Source: an uncultured Clostridia bacterium
GTDB lineage: Bacteria > Bacillota > Clostridia > Christensenellales > UBA1242
Reading direction: 5' to 3'
DNA length: 64,000 bases
Assembly (NCBI GenBank): GCA_934777435.1
Contig: CAKVNK010000001.1
Span: 247,203 to 311,202, forward strand
In this document: positions 40,801 to 50,500 of the stretch, one piece after another
Position numbering within the stretch: position 1 is the first letter of the stretch
How the letters are laid out: each line of letters opens with the position of its first letter
Notes under the pieces: generated by a model
Told to the model about the DNA's origin: nothing
What the model saw: only the letters and a program-made list of their open reading frames with translations
The model's database searches: none
Translations under genes and position numbers: made by a program

Positions 40801-41618
40801 AAAGACTTTTTAGGTGGATTGTTCCCATAAGCATATGTGTATTCAATGGTATATTTACCTTCTTTTGTTGGATACAAATAATACTTATTTGTTTCAGCAT
40901 CTTTTTTAACGATATTGCTTGTTGATAAGTCAAGTTCTGTGCCGTAAGCGTCAAAAACTTTAAGGGTTACACCTGTGCTTGAAACATATGCACCTGTATC
41001 CTTATTTTTAACGTTTGCTGTTGGCAATTCGATTTTATCAGCATCACTTGTTGACAATTTAACTGTTTCTGGTAAAAGAGTTTTTAAACCCGCCTTTGCT
41101 GAACCTTCACGTGCTGCAAAGTCAAGTTCATAACTAACATTTTCAACTGTTACAGAATAGGTGTTAGAATATAAAAGTTCGCCACCTTCTTCCATAATGT
41201 ACAAAATGTCGTATTTGCCGTTATTGAGTGTTTTGATTTCAAGAAATTCATCACTATCAACATTAATTTTTGCAAAATAATCAGCATCTCTTTCGTTTGT
41301 TTCTTGACCAGCTTCTGCCCCAACTTTATAGTCGTGTGAAGTGAAACTTGGGTCAACCACGCGGATTGTATATTTGGCAGTATCTTGCCATGAGTTGCCA
41401 GATTTAAGAAGTGGCACACGCAATGATTGGTTGCCATTAGCATCAACAAATGTTGCACGTGGCATCTTAACTGCTTTGATGGCCATATTGTAGTTAGTTT
41501 TGGCCTTGTTTAAAGCCGCATAAGTACGAACATTTGGTGCAAATGTGAACAATAAACTTGCAAACGCAAATGCCATAAAGCATAATATAACCTTAAAATA
41601 CTTCTTAATTGATTTCAT
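37809..41618 (-). CDS. Large surface protein (1269 aa) with a signal peptide, tandem Ig-like beta domains, and a C-terminal TM anchor plus charged tail
   Basis: Signal-like MKSIKKYFKVILCFMAFAFASLL..TYA. Recurrent domain-end motifs (DAYGNTKTIKVTI, TATDDAGNTTYMYFTF, KATDSNTNPATKEIKFTV). C-terminal VVGVVLIVLSLVVLAGVILFFAF followed by a K/E-rich tail. AGGAGA RBS. Confidence 0.85.
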   Translation of the reverse strand: MKSIKKYFKVILCFMAFAFASLLFTFAPNVRTYAALNKAKTNYNMAIKAVKMPRATFVDANGNQSLRVPLLKSGNSWQDTAKYTIRVVDPSFTSHDYKVGAEAGQETNERDADYFAKINVDSDEFLEIKTLNNGKYDILYIMEEGGELLYSNTYSVTVENVSYELDFAAREGSAKAGLKTLLPETVKLSTSDADKIELPTANVKNKDTGAYVSSTGVTLKVFDAYGTELDLSTSNIVKKDAETNKYYLYPTKEGKYTIEYTYAYGNNPPKKSFTVEVKKDFVAPTSSDLTINIPTMPSVELGQKDIKLPDVVVNSKTKDNIEHNVKSIVISKGNLSTTLSNNTFKFDMTKTTFNLASYTTDMLGDWYVEYTIEDAYGNTKTIKVTIDGVKDNTNPEVFMAYNYEVDAETKLPVDEDKIDTTVASEFKSQLGYNELYFPAIYAKDNVTSYKDFIFVRYIQSSRTNTIYYLDNIMLKDKEAYNISSDEAYSSQMNVSGDANIGKPNKAVKFKFNTENQSEMAGEYTLGYQVYAKDITKQTGYLYVSNTTMYTFEILSTDLRTPTTSVEHTVEINNIKDNYSVASDGKFTVNINANETKRGESTTNVDKRLKTAVFYYYTAKSTATTLAQDVENAYRAAKEALPEGSYFGSKNLIETDAFVNYMKDRYNGFAYAEQKNKNNYNVELKGYEASYLREAHIVAMSIDDDSNIALATKKLNLKDMTDVAAPTAHVVNAHDLGDVDLTALTVKQGTTVRLPDVSFEDDDKSLSMSVLYYVDSPVNDIIGLDYQSPTGKNFKNNISGLSYIYGGSIKADKVGTYHVIYTATDDAGNTTYMYFTFESTLASDPILKVSATGDDIKSSSASTITGETGMRVNFDAVLWSNDLSQNLTESATIDYTVEDGGKDWQSADDVTSFIFKEQGEYKITFTASYESAGVTYTAEPQIFTITVTRPELKWNETLNESDYSYAPLGSVVTLPDLSASQGDVKAKVELKVTFKGDTQTVKKNIVNGTTVWQFTTNETLTGDYKVEYTAITAYSTITKSFTIKVGDNVPPVITIDHEDDLAKEIVYDGKTAIEYTIKLVKTSTSTNGGRKLEVTITNGKDVKTYNTNLVLQDKDKNGELKDISWDSLTVELYNGDSVMSTSSTGTNTKTYSISATGEYKLVIKATDSNTNPATKEIKFTVKTESDVEKSNDTVVGVVLIVLSLVVLAGVILFFAFTGKGKGGKTKANNQVKAKSTKGANKEVAKEEVEEVEATATTEEAESEAKSGDVE

Positions 41619-41896
41619 TATGTTCTCCTATATTAGTAAATCTAAAAAATTATATAAAATATGGATAATTTTGTCAAACGAAAATACGCGTGTTTTTTAA
41701 TATTTACTGCAAATAGTTTAAGGGAAAATTTGATTTTTACACAAAGAAATTTAGCTAGTTATGTCGAATTAGTAAAAAAAAGGGAAATTGCCCTAACAAT
41801 TCCCCTAAAATATTAAAATTTTTTGCTATTTTTGTTTGATTTTAATTTAACTATTCTACAATTTTGCAATGTTTTTCACGCTAAACTTTTAAATGT

Positions 41897-42427
41897 TTAA
41901 AGCCTTGAAAGTTGGCTTGTTGCATATTCTTTTGTTACAAAGTTAAATTCATCACTGCTTGCCAAAAAATATTGTTTTTCGCGGTGCTTGTTAAGCATTG
42001 ATAAAAAATCACTATCAAGCATTTTATATCTTTCAATAAGAACATCATTTAAGCGTTTAAAATCAATAGTTTTTGCATCTGCAAGTGCTTTTGCTGTGGT
42101 TAACGCCCACTCGTTTGGTTCTTCGCCATTTGGATTATCAAAATCACAAAGAATATTCATATTTTCAGGCGAAACAACCAACTTGCAAATAACTTTTATC
42201 TTTTCTAATGTTGTGCGTTGTAATTCTTTAACTGCGTTTGCGTCCAAATAATAAAATTCATACAACCTATCAGTTTCACCAACAATAGATTTTGCATGAA
42301 GTGGACGTTTAAGCACCACTCTATCACCATATACGCCACGACCACGTTTATACTCAACAATTTCATAAAAATTGTTAATCAAAAAATCAAGTTGTGGCCA
42401 ATTTTGTTCGTTAACTTTTGTTGCCAT
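41897..42427 (-). CDS. Hypothetical protein (176 aa), 9 nt downstream of the HicB-like gene
   Basis: Same strand, with a 9-nt gap after the HicB-like stop. Balanced composition. No family recognised. Confidence 0.65.
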   Translation of the reverse strand: MATKVNEQNWPQLDFLINNFYEIVEYKRGRGVYGDRVVLKRPLHAKSIVGETDRLYEFYYLDANAVKELQRTTLEKIKVICKLVVSPENMNILCDFDNPNGEEPNEWALTTAKALADAKTIDFKRLNDVLIERYKMLDSDFLSMLNKHREKQYFLASSDEFNFVTKEYATSQLSRL

Positions 42428-42436
42428 AGGCCACCA

Positions 42437-42706
42437 CTATGTTAATGCGTCAACCAGCAAAACGATATGTTTTTTGTTTGCTTTGTAGATAGTTTCAAAG
42501 TCTGATGGAGATTCCAACTCACAATCAAACTTAACAGCACACTCTATGGTTGCACACAAATATTCTTTGGCTTTGATGAAAGCATCAACAACAGTTTCAC
42601 CTTCTGTAACAATGCCCAAATCTGGAATTGAAACAGTAAACCAACCTGTGTTTGTGCCTTTTTCATCGTCCTTATACATAATTACTGGGTAAACTAAATC
42701 CTTCAT
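42437..42706 (-). CDS. HicB-like (UPF0150) antitoxin-fold protein without a DNA-binding tail
   Basis: LVYPVIMYKDDE..WFTVSIPDLGIVTEGETVVDAFIKAKEYL...ESPS follows the HicB N-domain pattern (YPv...dg.y.v.vPDlpgc.t.G.t.eEA..na.eal). Confidence 0.6.
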   Translation of the reverse strand: MKDLVYPVIMYKDDEKGTNTGWFTVSIPDLGIVTEGETVVDAFIKAKEYLCATIECAVKFDCELESPSDFETIYKANKKHIVLLVDALT

Positions 42707-42886
42707 ACCTGCCCCTTGTTAAAAATTTTAATTTAAAATGTTTTTAAACGCAACAAAAACACTTCTCATTTATAATGATTATACAACATGATAACACAAA
42801 ATTTTATTTAAGTAAAACAAATTGCAACACATTTTTTGTTTGCTTAAAAATATGTTAACCACAAGATTTCACCCAACAATAGGCAG

Positions 42887-42913
42887 AAAAAAACCGCTTT
42901 TGATTAAGCGGTT
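42887..42913 (-). terminator. Rho-independent terminator overlapping the stop codon of the 82-aa gene
   Basis: AACCGCTT-ttgatt-AAGCGGTT (8 bp) with a U-run on the minus strand (A-run at 42887-42893). Confidence 0.7.
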
Positions 42914-43152
42914 ATTGTATCTTCTTTGGCTGTGCCAAGATAATTTAAATATTCGTTGTTTTGTGAAAATTTTTCTACAAGCTTTGCAACTGATTGGCGA
43001 AACTCATTTCTTTTTCCAGGGACTTCTGCTGGTTTTAACGGAGAACTGGGGGCGGCAGTTTTTTCTCTCTTTTTAGCAAGTTCATTAACAAGGTTTGTTG
43101 TTTCGTCTTTAAATTGCTTTTTTGCATTTTCAATAATGATTTTGTTAATCAT
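42904..43152 (-). CDS. Hypothetical small protein (82 aa)
   Basis: Strong AGGAGG RBS, its own terminator, and a predicted helical N- and C-terminus with a Pro-rich linker. Confidence 0.65.
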   Translation of the reverse strand: MINKIIIENAKKQFKDETTNLVNELAKKREKTAAPSSPLKPAEVPGKRNEFRQSVAKLVEKFSQNNEYLNYLGTAKEDTITA

Positions 43153-43425
43153 GATTAACGCCTCCTTTATTTAATGACCATATAATAGCACAATTTTTTT
43201 AGTTTGTAAATAGTTTTTGATAAAATTTTTTAATATTTTTTAACCCCTTCTAATTGCCTATAATATAGTATTTTATCGGGATTTTACACTTAATTTTTTA
43301 TTAAATTTTTTGTTGAAGATTATTTCACACTATTTTTTTAATTGTTATCAACAAAAATTATATTTTAACCTTACATCAAAATTATATCTGATTAATTAAA
43401 ATTATTTATGATTAAACACTGCAAA

Positions 43426-43451
43426 CAAAAAAGTGGCAATCATAAAGCCAC
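43426..43451 (-). terminator. Second (distal) terminator after rpoC
   Basis: Minus strand: GTGGC-tttatgatt-GCCAC followed by T6. Confidence 0.6.
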
Positions 43452-43504
43452 ATTTTTAATATTGTATTTTACTTCACATGAAATATCAACTCAGTTAAAT
43501 TAAC

Positions 43505-43529
43505 AAAAAGGTAACCCTTACGAGTTACC
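43505..43529 (-). terminator. rpoC terminator
   Basis: Minus strand: GGTAAC-tcgtaagg-GTTACC followed by T5, 23 nt after the rpoC stop. Confidence 0.75.
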
Positions 43530-43551
43530 TTTTGCATAAAATTTCTATGTT

Positions 43552-46500
43552 TTATTCTTCATCATCAATGTCGTCAAATTTCATGTCAACATTGTCGTTT
43601 GTGAAGTTCAAACTATCTTCTTTAACTTGTTTTGGAAGAACGTTGCGGTATGCTGGAGCACCAGTACCAGCTGGAATCATCTTACCGATGATAATGTTTT
43701 CTTTCAAACCTGTTAAGTGGTCTACTTTACCTTTCAAAGCGGCTTCGGTTAAAACGTTGCTTGATTCTTGGAAAGATGCAGCAGACAAGAAGCTTTCAGT
43801 TGTCAAACTTGCTTTTGTGATACCTTGAAGTTCACGTTTAGCAGTTGCAGGAACGCCACCTTCAGCCAAAGCTTTTTGGTTAGCTTGTTCGTAGATACGA
43901 ATATCAACAATATCGCCTGGCAATAAGTCTGTATCACCTGCATTTTCGATTTTAACTTTACGGAGCATTTGACGAATAATAATTTCCAAGTGTTTTGCGT
44001 TAATAGCAACAGATTGTGATTTATAAACTTCAAGCACTTCGTTAAGCAAATATTCTTGAACGGCTTTCACACCACGTGTACGGAGCACATCTTTAGGGTT
44101 CAATGGACCTTCTGTAAGTGCTGTACCTGGGGTGATTACATCGCCTTGTTTAACTTTGATTGTTGAACCAAATGGAAGAATATAACTTTCTTCTGTTTGA
44201 CCTTTAACAACAACTTCAAAGCGTTTGTCAATTTGATTGATGCTTACTTTACCACCGATATCGCTGATAACAGCAGCACCTTTAGGGTTACGTGCTTCGA
44301 AAATTTCTTCAACACGAGGCAAACCAGAAGTAATATCGTTAGATGCAGTACCACCGCTGTGGAAGGTACGAAGCACCAACTGTGTACCAGGTTCACCGAT
44401 TGATTGAGCAGCGATAACACCAACTGCTTCACCAACGTGAACAAGGTCGTTTGTAGACATATCACGGCCGTAGCATTTTGCACATACGCCGTTTTTTGCT
44501 TTACATGTAAGCAAACTGCGGATAGTAACTTTTTCAACACCAGCATTGACGATAACTTTTGCAAGTTCGTCACTGATGTAACAGTCAGCACCAACAATTT
44601 CTTTCTTTGTTTTAGGGTCGATAACTGGCGATGCTGTATAACGACCAACAATACGTGCTTCCAATGTTTCAACAACAGTGCCGTTTTGTTTGATTTCGGT
44701 AACGTCAATACCTTTAACTGTTTCACCAAGGTTGCCAAAGCAATCTTCTTCAGTGATTGTGGTATCTTGTGCAATATCAACCAAACGACGTGTTAAGTAA
44801 CCAGAGTCAGCAGTTTTAAGTGCGGTATCCATAAGTTGTTTACGGCTACCACGTGCTGCCATGTAATATTCAAGTGGGTTCAAGCCACGGCGGAAGTTAG
44901 ATTTAACTGGCACGTCACTAACTGCACCAGATGCAACCGCTGTGTTACCAATAACACCACAAAGTTGTTTCAAACTGTCTTCACCACCACGGGCTTTAGA
45001 TGTAATAATAACTTTGATTGAGTTAAATTTATCCAAATGACCAGATGTAACTTTAATAACATCGTTAACTGCTTTATCCCAAACAGCCATATTTTTGTTA
45101 TATTTATCAGCATAACTCATCAAACCTTGCATATACATATCGTCATTTGCTTGAACGATTTTGTCTGCTTCATCAATGATTTGTTGACGTTCTTCAGCTT
45201 CCTTCATATCAAAGATTGAAAGTGAAACACTTGAAAGTGTGCTGTATTTATAACCCATATTTTTAATATCATCAATCATGGTTACAGTTGTGTTTGTGCC
45301 ATGTTTACGATAACAAGTTTCAATCAACTTGCCATATGTGCCTTTTTTAACTTCATCTTCAATTTCAAGGCGAAGTGCATTTTCTTTTGTATCACGAGTA
45401 ACAAAACCAAGGTCTTGTGGAATAATACTGTTGAAAATGACTTTACCAAGGGTTGTTTCGATACGGCCTGTAACCTTTTCACCATTGAAATCAACGGTAC
45501 GGCGTAAATTAATTTTTGCTTGAAGGCTAAGTTTGCCGTTTTCATGTGCAAGTTGTGCTTCATCAGCACTTGCAAATGTCATACCTTCACCCAACGCACC
45601 ATCACGTACGGCTGTAAGGTAGTAGTTACCCAAAATCATATCTTGGCTAGGCACCATATTAGGGCTACCATCACTTGGTTTAAGCACGTTATTTGATGCT
45701 AACAAAAGCATACGGGCTTCTGTTCTTGCTTCAACTGAAAGTGGAACGTGCATACTCATTTGGTCACCGTCGAAGTCGGCGTTAAAGCCACCACACGCCA
45801 AAGGTGGAAGACGGATTGCCTTACCTTCTACAAGGATAGGTTCAAATGCTTGCACTGAAAGTTTGTGAAGTGTAGGCGCACGGTTCAAAAGAACTGGGTG
45901 ACCTTCAACAACTTCTTGCAAAATATCGTAAACGATTGGACGCTCTTGTTCAATCATACGTGTTGCTTTTTTAAGGTTGTTTGTTGCGTTCATTTCCAAC
46001 AAACGTTTAATAATAAATGGACGGAACAATTCAAGAGCCATCATTTTTGGCAAACCGCATTGATAAATTTTAAGTTCTGGGCCAACAACAATAACTGAAC
46101 GGCCAGAATAGTCAACACGTTTACCAAGCAAATTTTGACGGAAACGACCATGTTTACCCTTTAAACTTGCGGTTAACGATTTCAAATCTCTTTGACGGCT
46201 ACCTTGAACAGCACGACCACGTTTACCGTTATCAAACAAAGCGTCAACCGCTTCTTGTAACATACGTTTTTCGTTACGTACAATAATGTCAGGTGCACCA
46301 AGTTCAATCAATTTTTTCAAACGATTGTTACGGTTGATAACACGGCGGTATAAATCATTCAAGTCACTTGCAGCAAATTTGCCACCATCAATTTGAACTA
46401 ATGGACGCAAATCTGGTGGAATAACTGGAATAACATCCAAAATCATCCAACTTGGTTTGTTGCCTGATTTAATAAACGCTTCAATAACTTCCAACTTTTT

Positions 46501-47124
46501 GGTTGCTTTAAGTTTACGTTGACCTTTTGTTGTGTGCATGATTTCAGTAAGTTCATCACGCTCTTTTTCAAGGTCAATATTGTTCAACAATTCTTTAATT
46601 GCTTCAGCACCCATACCAGCACGGAAACCATTAGGACCATATTTTTCAATGGCTTCACGGTATTCTTTATCACGGATAACTTGTTTGTATGCAAATTCTG
46701 TATTTTTAGGGTCAAGAACAACATAACTTACATAATACAAAACTTCGTCCAAAAGTTTTGGGCTCATATCAAGTGTGATACCGATACGGCTTGGCACGCC
46801 TTTAAAGAACCAAATATGGCTTACTGGGCAAGCAAGTTCAATGTGACCCATACGTTCACGGCGAACTTTACTGCGTGTTACTTCAACGCCACATTTATCA
46901 CAAACAACGCCTTTATAACGCACACGTTTATACTTACCGCAATGACACTCCCAGTCCTTTTTAGGTCCAAAAATACGTTCACAGAAAAGGCCGTCTTTTT
47001 CAGGCTTCTGTGTACGATAATTGATTGTTTCAGGTTTTGTAACTTCGCCACGTGACCAAGACCTAATCATTTCTGGTGAAGCGATTGCCACTCTGATTGA
47101 GTCAAAATTGTTTAATTCAAACAT
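43552..47124 (-). CDS. rpoC: DNA-directed RNA polymerase subunit beta'
   Basis: 1190 aa with a zinc motif ([23 protein letters not shown]), NADFDGDQM at the catalytic centre, and trigger-loop regions. Confidence 0.97.
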   Translation of the reverse strand: MFELNNFDSIRVAIASPEMIRSWSRGEVTKPETINYRTQKPEKDGLFCERIFGPKKDWECHCGKYKRVRYKGVVCDKCGVEVTRSKVRRERMGHIELACPVSHIWFFKGVPSRIGITLDMSPKLLDEVLYYVSYVVLDPKNTEFAYKQVIRDKEYREAIEKYGPNGFRAGMGAEAIKELLNNIDLEKERDELTEIMHTTKGQRKLKATKKLEVIEAFIKSGNKPSWMILDVIPVIPPDLRPLVQIDGGKFAASDLNDLYRRVINRNNRLKKLIELGAPDIIVRNEKRMLQEAVDALFDNGKRGRAVQGSRQRDLKSLTASLKGKHGRFRQNLLGKRVDYSGRSVIVVGPELKIYQCGLPKMMALELFRPFIIKRLLEMNATNNLKKATRMIEQERPIVYDILQEVVEGHPVLLNRAPTLHKLSVQAFEPILVEGKAIRLPPLACGGFNADFDGDQMSMHVPLSVEARTEARMLLLASNNVLKPSDGSPNMVPSQDMILGNYYLTAVRDGALGEGMTFASADEAQLAHENGKLSLQAKINLRRTVDFNGEKVTGRIETTLGKVIFNSIIPQDLGFVTRDTKENALRLEIEDEVKKGTYGKLIETCYRKHGTNTTVTMIDDIKNMGYKYSTLSSVSLSIFDMKEAEERQQIIDEADKIVQANDDMYMQGLMSYADKYNKNMAVWDKAVNDVIKVTSGHLDKFNSIKVIITSKARGGEDSLKQLCGVIGNTAVASGAVSDVPVKSNFRRGLNPLEYYMAARGSRKQLMDTALKTADSGYLTRRLVDIAQDTTITEEDCFGNLGETVKGIDVTEIKQNGTVVETLEARIVGRYTASPVIDPKTKKEIVGADCYISDELAKVIVNAGVEKVTIRSLLTCKAKNGVCAKCYGRDMSTNDLVHVGEAVGVIAAQSIGEPGTQLVLRTFHSGGTASNDITSGLPRVEEIFEARNPKGAAVISDIGGKVSINQIDKRFEVVVKGQTEESYILPFGSTIKVKQGDVITPGTALTEGPLNPKDVLRTRGVKAVQEYLLNEVLEVYKSQSVAINAKHLEIIIRQMLRKVKIENAGDTDLLPGDIVDIRIYEQANQKALAEGGVPATAKRELQGITKASLTTESFLSAASFQESSNVLTEAALKGKVDHLTGLKENIIIGKMIPAGTGAPAYRNVLPKQVKEDSLNFTNDNVDMKFDDIDDEE

Positions 47125-47156
47125 CTAATTTTTTCTCCTATTCTATTCTCAACGGA

Positions 47157-47384
47157 TTAATCAACTGATACAATTTCAGTTTGCATTGCAATGTTTGCAA
47201 TACGATTGCTTCTTTTATCCTTTTTGCCTGACATTTTTTTTAAATAGTCCATAATTTCACACCAAGTGGCATATGTTACCATTTCGCCTTGCAAATCGGC
47301 ATAATGGCTATGCTTTTCGCAGAGCAACTTATAGTCGCCCCTTGAAAAGTTTACCATAACCAAAGTATCTTTTGTTTTATCCAT
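47157..47384 (-). CDS. Small hypothetical protein (75 aa) encoded between rpoB and rpoC
   Basis: AGGAG RBS 5 nt upstream of the ATG. The ORF ends 32 nt before the rpoC start. No family recognised. Confidence 0.6.
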   Translation of the reverse strand: MDKTKDTLVMVNFSRGDYKLLCEKHSHYADLQGEMVTYATWCEIMDYLKKMSGKKDKRSNRIANIAMQTEIVSVD

Positions 47385-47459
47385 TGTTACTCCTATATAT
47401 CTAAACTGTTAAATTTTGTTGTTAACCTATTTAATAATTAACTAAATTATTGTTATTGA

Positions 47460-47494
47460 TTATTCATCAAGGTCATCTAACAATTCAAACTGAC
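47460..47494 (-). repeat. Degenerate duplicate of the rpoB 3' terminus
   Basis: About 26 of 33 nt are identical to 47544-47578. It still encodes ..FELLDDLDE-stop, compared with the authentic ..SELFDDLDE-stop, and is displaced 84 nt downstream. Confidence 0.6.
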
Positions 47495-47543
47495 AGTATT
47501 TTATTTTCTAAAATCCTGAACTCGCTGAATTGTGTTAAGTTAA

Positions 47544-50500
47544 TTATTCGTCTAAGTCGTCAAACAATTCAGACTCGTCAAATGCGGTTGCATTGACATC
47601 ATTTTCATAATTCTTTTGAATATCGTCAAATTCAAGTGTAATGTCTTCAAGGGCTTGTTTATTAACAGGTTCAACTGTTGCAACTTCTTCCCCTTCTTCA
47701 CTCACTTCATTGATTGTAAGTTCGTGATTATCTGCTGTTAAAATCTTAACATCTAAACACAAACCTTGCATTTCTTTAACCAAAACTTTAAATGATTCAG
47801 GCATACCAGGTTCTGGGATAGGTTCGCCTTTAACAATCGCTTCATAAGTTTTGATACGTCCTTCAACGTCATCGGATTTAATTGTAAGCATTTCTTGCAA
47901 CAATCTTGATGCACCATATGCTTCCAATGCCCAAACTTCCATTTCACCAAAACGTTGACCACCAAGTTGGCTACGACCACCAAGAGGTTGTTGTGTGATA
48001 AGTGCATAAGTACCAATGCCACGTGCGTGGATTTTATCGTCAACCATGTGGTCAAGTTTTAACATATACATTACACCAACTGTTGTTTTGTTTTCAAATG
48101 GCAAGCCTGTACGGCCATCATAAAGTTGTGTTTTGCCGTCTTCTGGCAAATTGTTTTCTCTAAGCAATGCTTTAATATCTTCTTCTGTTGCACCATCAAA
48201 TGCTGGTGTTGCAACTTTCCAGTCAAGATGTTTTGCAGCCCAACCCAAGTGAACTTCCAATAATTGGCTCAAGTTCATACGTGAAGGGATACCCAATGGG
48301 TTAAGCAAAATATCAACTGTTTCGCCATTTGGCATATAAGGCATATCGCACTCTGGAAGAACAACTGATACAACACCTTTGTTACCATAACGACCAGCAA
48401 GTTTATCACCTACTTGGAGAACACGTTTTTGTGCGATATAAACTTTTACGCACATATTAACGCCAGCATCAAGTTCGTCTTTATTTTTACGTGATAAGAT
48501 TTCAACGCCAACAACAACGCCTTCTTCGCCGTGTTTAACTTTTAATGAAGTGTTTTTAACTTCTTTTGTCTTTTCACCAAAGATTGCTTTTAAAAGCCTT
48601 TCTTCAGGGGTTAAGTCAGTTTCACCCTTAGGGGTTACTTTACCAACCAATATATCGCCTGGGCGAACTTCTGTACCGATACGAACAATACCATTTTCGT
48701 CCAAATTCTTTAATGCATCTTCACCAACACCAGCAATATCACGTGTGATTTCTTCATCACCGAGTTTTGTTGTGCGGGCTTCTGTTTTAACTTGTTGAAT
48801 ACTGATAGATGTGTATGCATCTTCACGAACTATACGTTGGTTAATCAAAATCGCATCTTCAAAGTTGTAACCTTCCCAGTTCATAAATGCAACTGTCATA
48901 TTCTTACCAAGGGCAACTTCACCTTTATCAGTTGAAGCACCATCAGCAAGCACATCACCGGCTTTAACCTTTTCACCTTTCTTAACAATAGGTTTTTGGT
49001 TGAAGCATGCTTTTTCGTTTGTACGTTCAAACTTACGGAGTTTGTGGTTTACAATGCTACCATCTGCGTATTCCATTGTGATGTAATCAGCAGAAACATA
49101 TTTACATACACCATCTTGTTCAGCAAGGATAAGTGCGCCAGAGTCAACAGCAATTTTATGTTCAACACCAGTACCAACAATAGGGCTGTCACATTTGATA
49201 AGTGGAACAGCTTGACATTGCATGTTTGAACCCATCAATGCACGGTTACCTGGGCTGTGTTCAACAAACGGAATAAGGTTAGCGCCAATAGACAAACATT
49301 GTTTTGGGCTTAATTCGAACAAGTCCACCATTGAACTATCAACACGTTCTGCTTGTCCGTTATGACGGCACTCAATAATGCCAGCAGCGATTGTTTTATC
49401 TTCATTTAAGTCTACTGTTGCAGGTGCAATATAGTGTCCACGTTCTTCATCAGCCATTAAGAACACAATATCGTCAGTAACTTTTCTTGTTTTAGGGTCG
49501 ATCTTTTTAAATGGAGTTTCAATAAATCCATATTTATTTACGCGTGCGTACGCAGCGATAGATGTCATCAAACCGATAGGTTGACCTTCTGGTGTTTCAA
49601 CCAAACAGATACGACCATAATGGCTTGGGTTAATATCACGCACTTCAACTGTTGCACGTTCCTTCTTCACACCGCCTGGGCCAAATGAACTTAAACGGCG
49701 TTTATGCCTTAAACTTGCTGCTGGGTTGATTTGATCCATCAATGCTGAAAGTTGGCTTGTTGCCATAAATTCTTTAAACACTTTGTTGATATGACGAGCG
49801 TTTACAATTTGGCTTGGCGTGATGTCTGTTAAATCACGGCTTTGCAAACTTTCACGCACTTGTGCTTGAAGTTTTGTCATACCACGACGGAATTCGTCAC
49901 GGAGCAATTCACCACATGTTGCAACACGACGCATTGACAAGTTATCAATTTCGTCTGTTTCGCCTAAACCGTCAATAAGGTTCAAGTGATAACTGATTGT
50001 TGCAATCATATCGTCCAAAGTTACTTGGAAATCTTCAAGTTTGTGAGCATTTGCTTTGATTGCTGCTTTCAAACCTTCTTCATCACCTTTGTGTGCTTTC
50101 ATAATTTCTTGAAGCAATGGAAGGTAAACAAGTTCAGTGATACCAAATTCTGCTGGGTCAAGTTTTGCATATGCTTTAAGGTCAACACGTTGGTTACCAA
50201 CAACACGAACAACTTTATCTTCAACCAAAACATCAACTGAATTGATACCAGCGTTTTGAATTGCAACTGCTGTGTCATGGTCAATATATTCGCCTTGGCC
50301 TACAAACATTTTTTTGCCAAGCTTAACGTCTTTTGCTGCAATTTGGTCTGTAATACGGTTAGCAAGTGATAATTTTTTGTTAACTTTAAAACGACCAACT
50401 TTTTCAAGATTGTAGTGTTGTTGATTGAAGAAACGGTCGTTAATATAACTCAAAGTATTGTCTGGGTTAGGAATTTCACCTGGACGTGTACGTCTACCAA

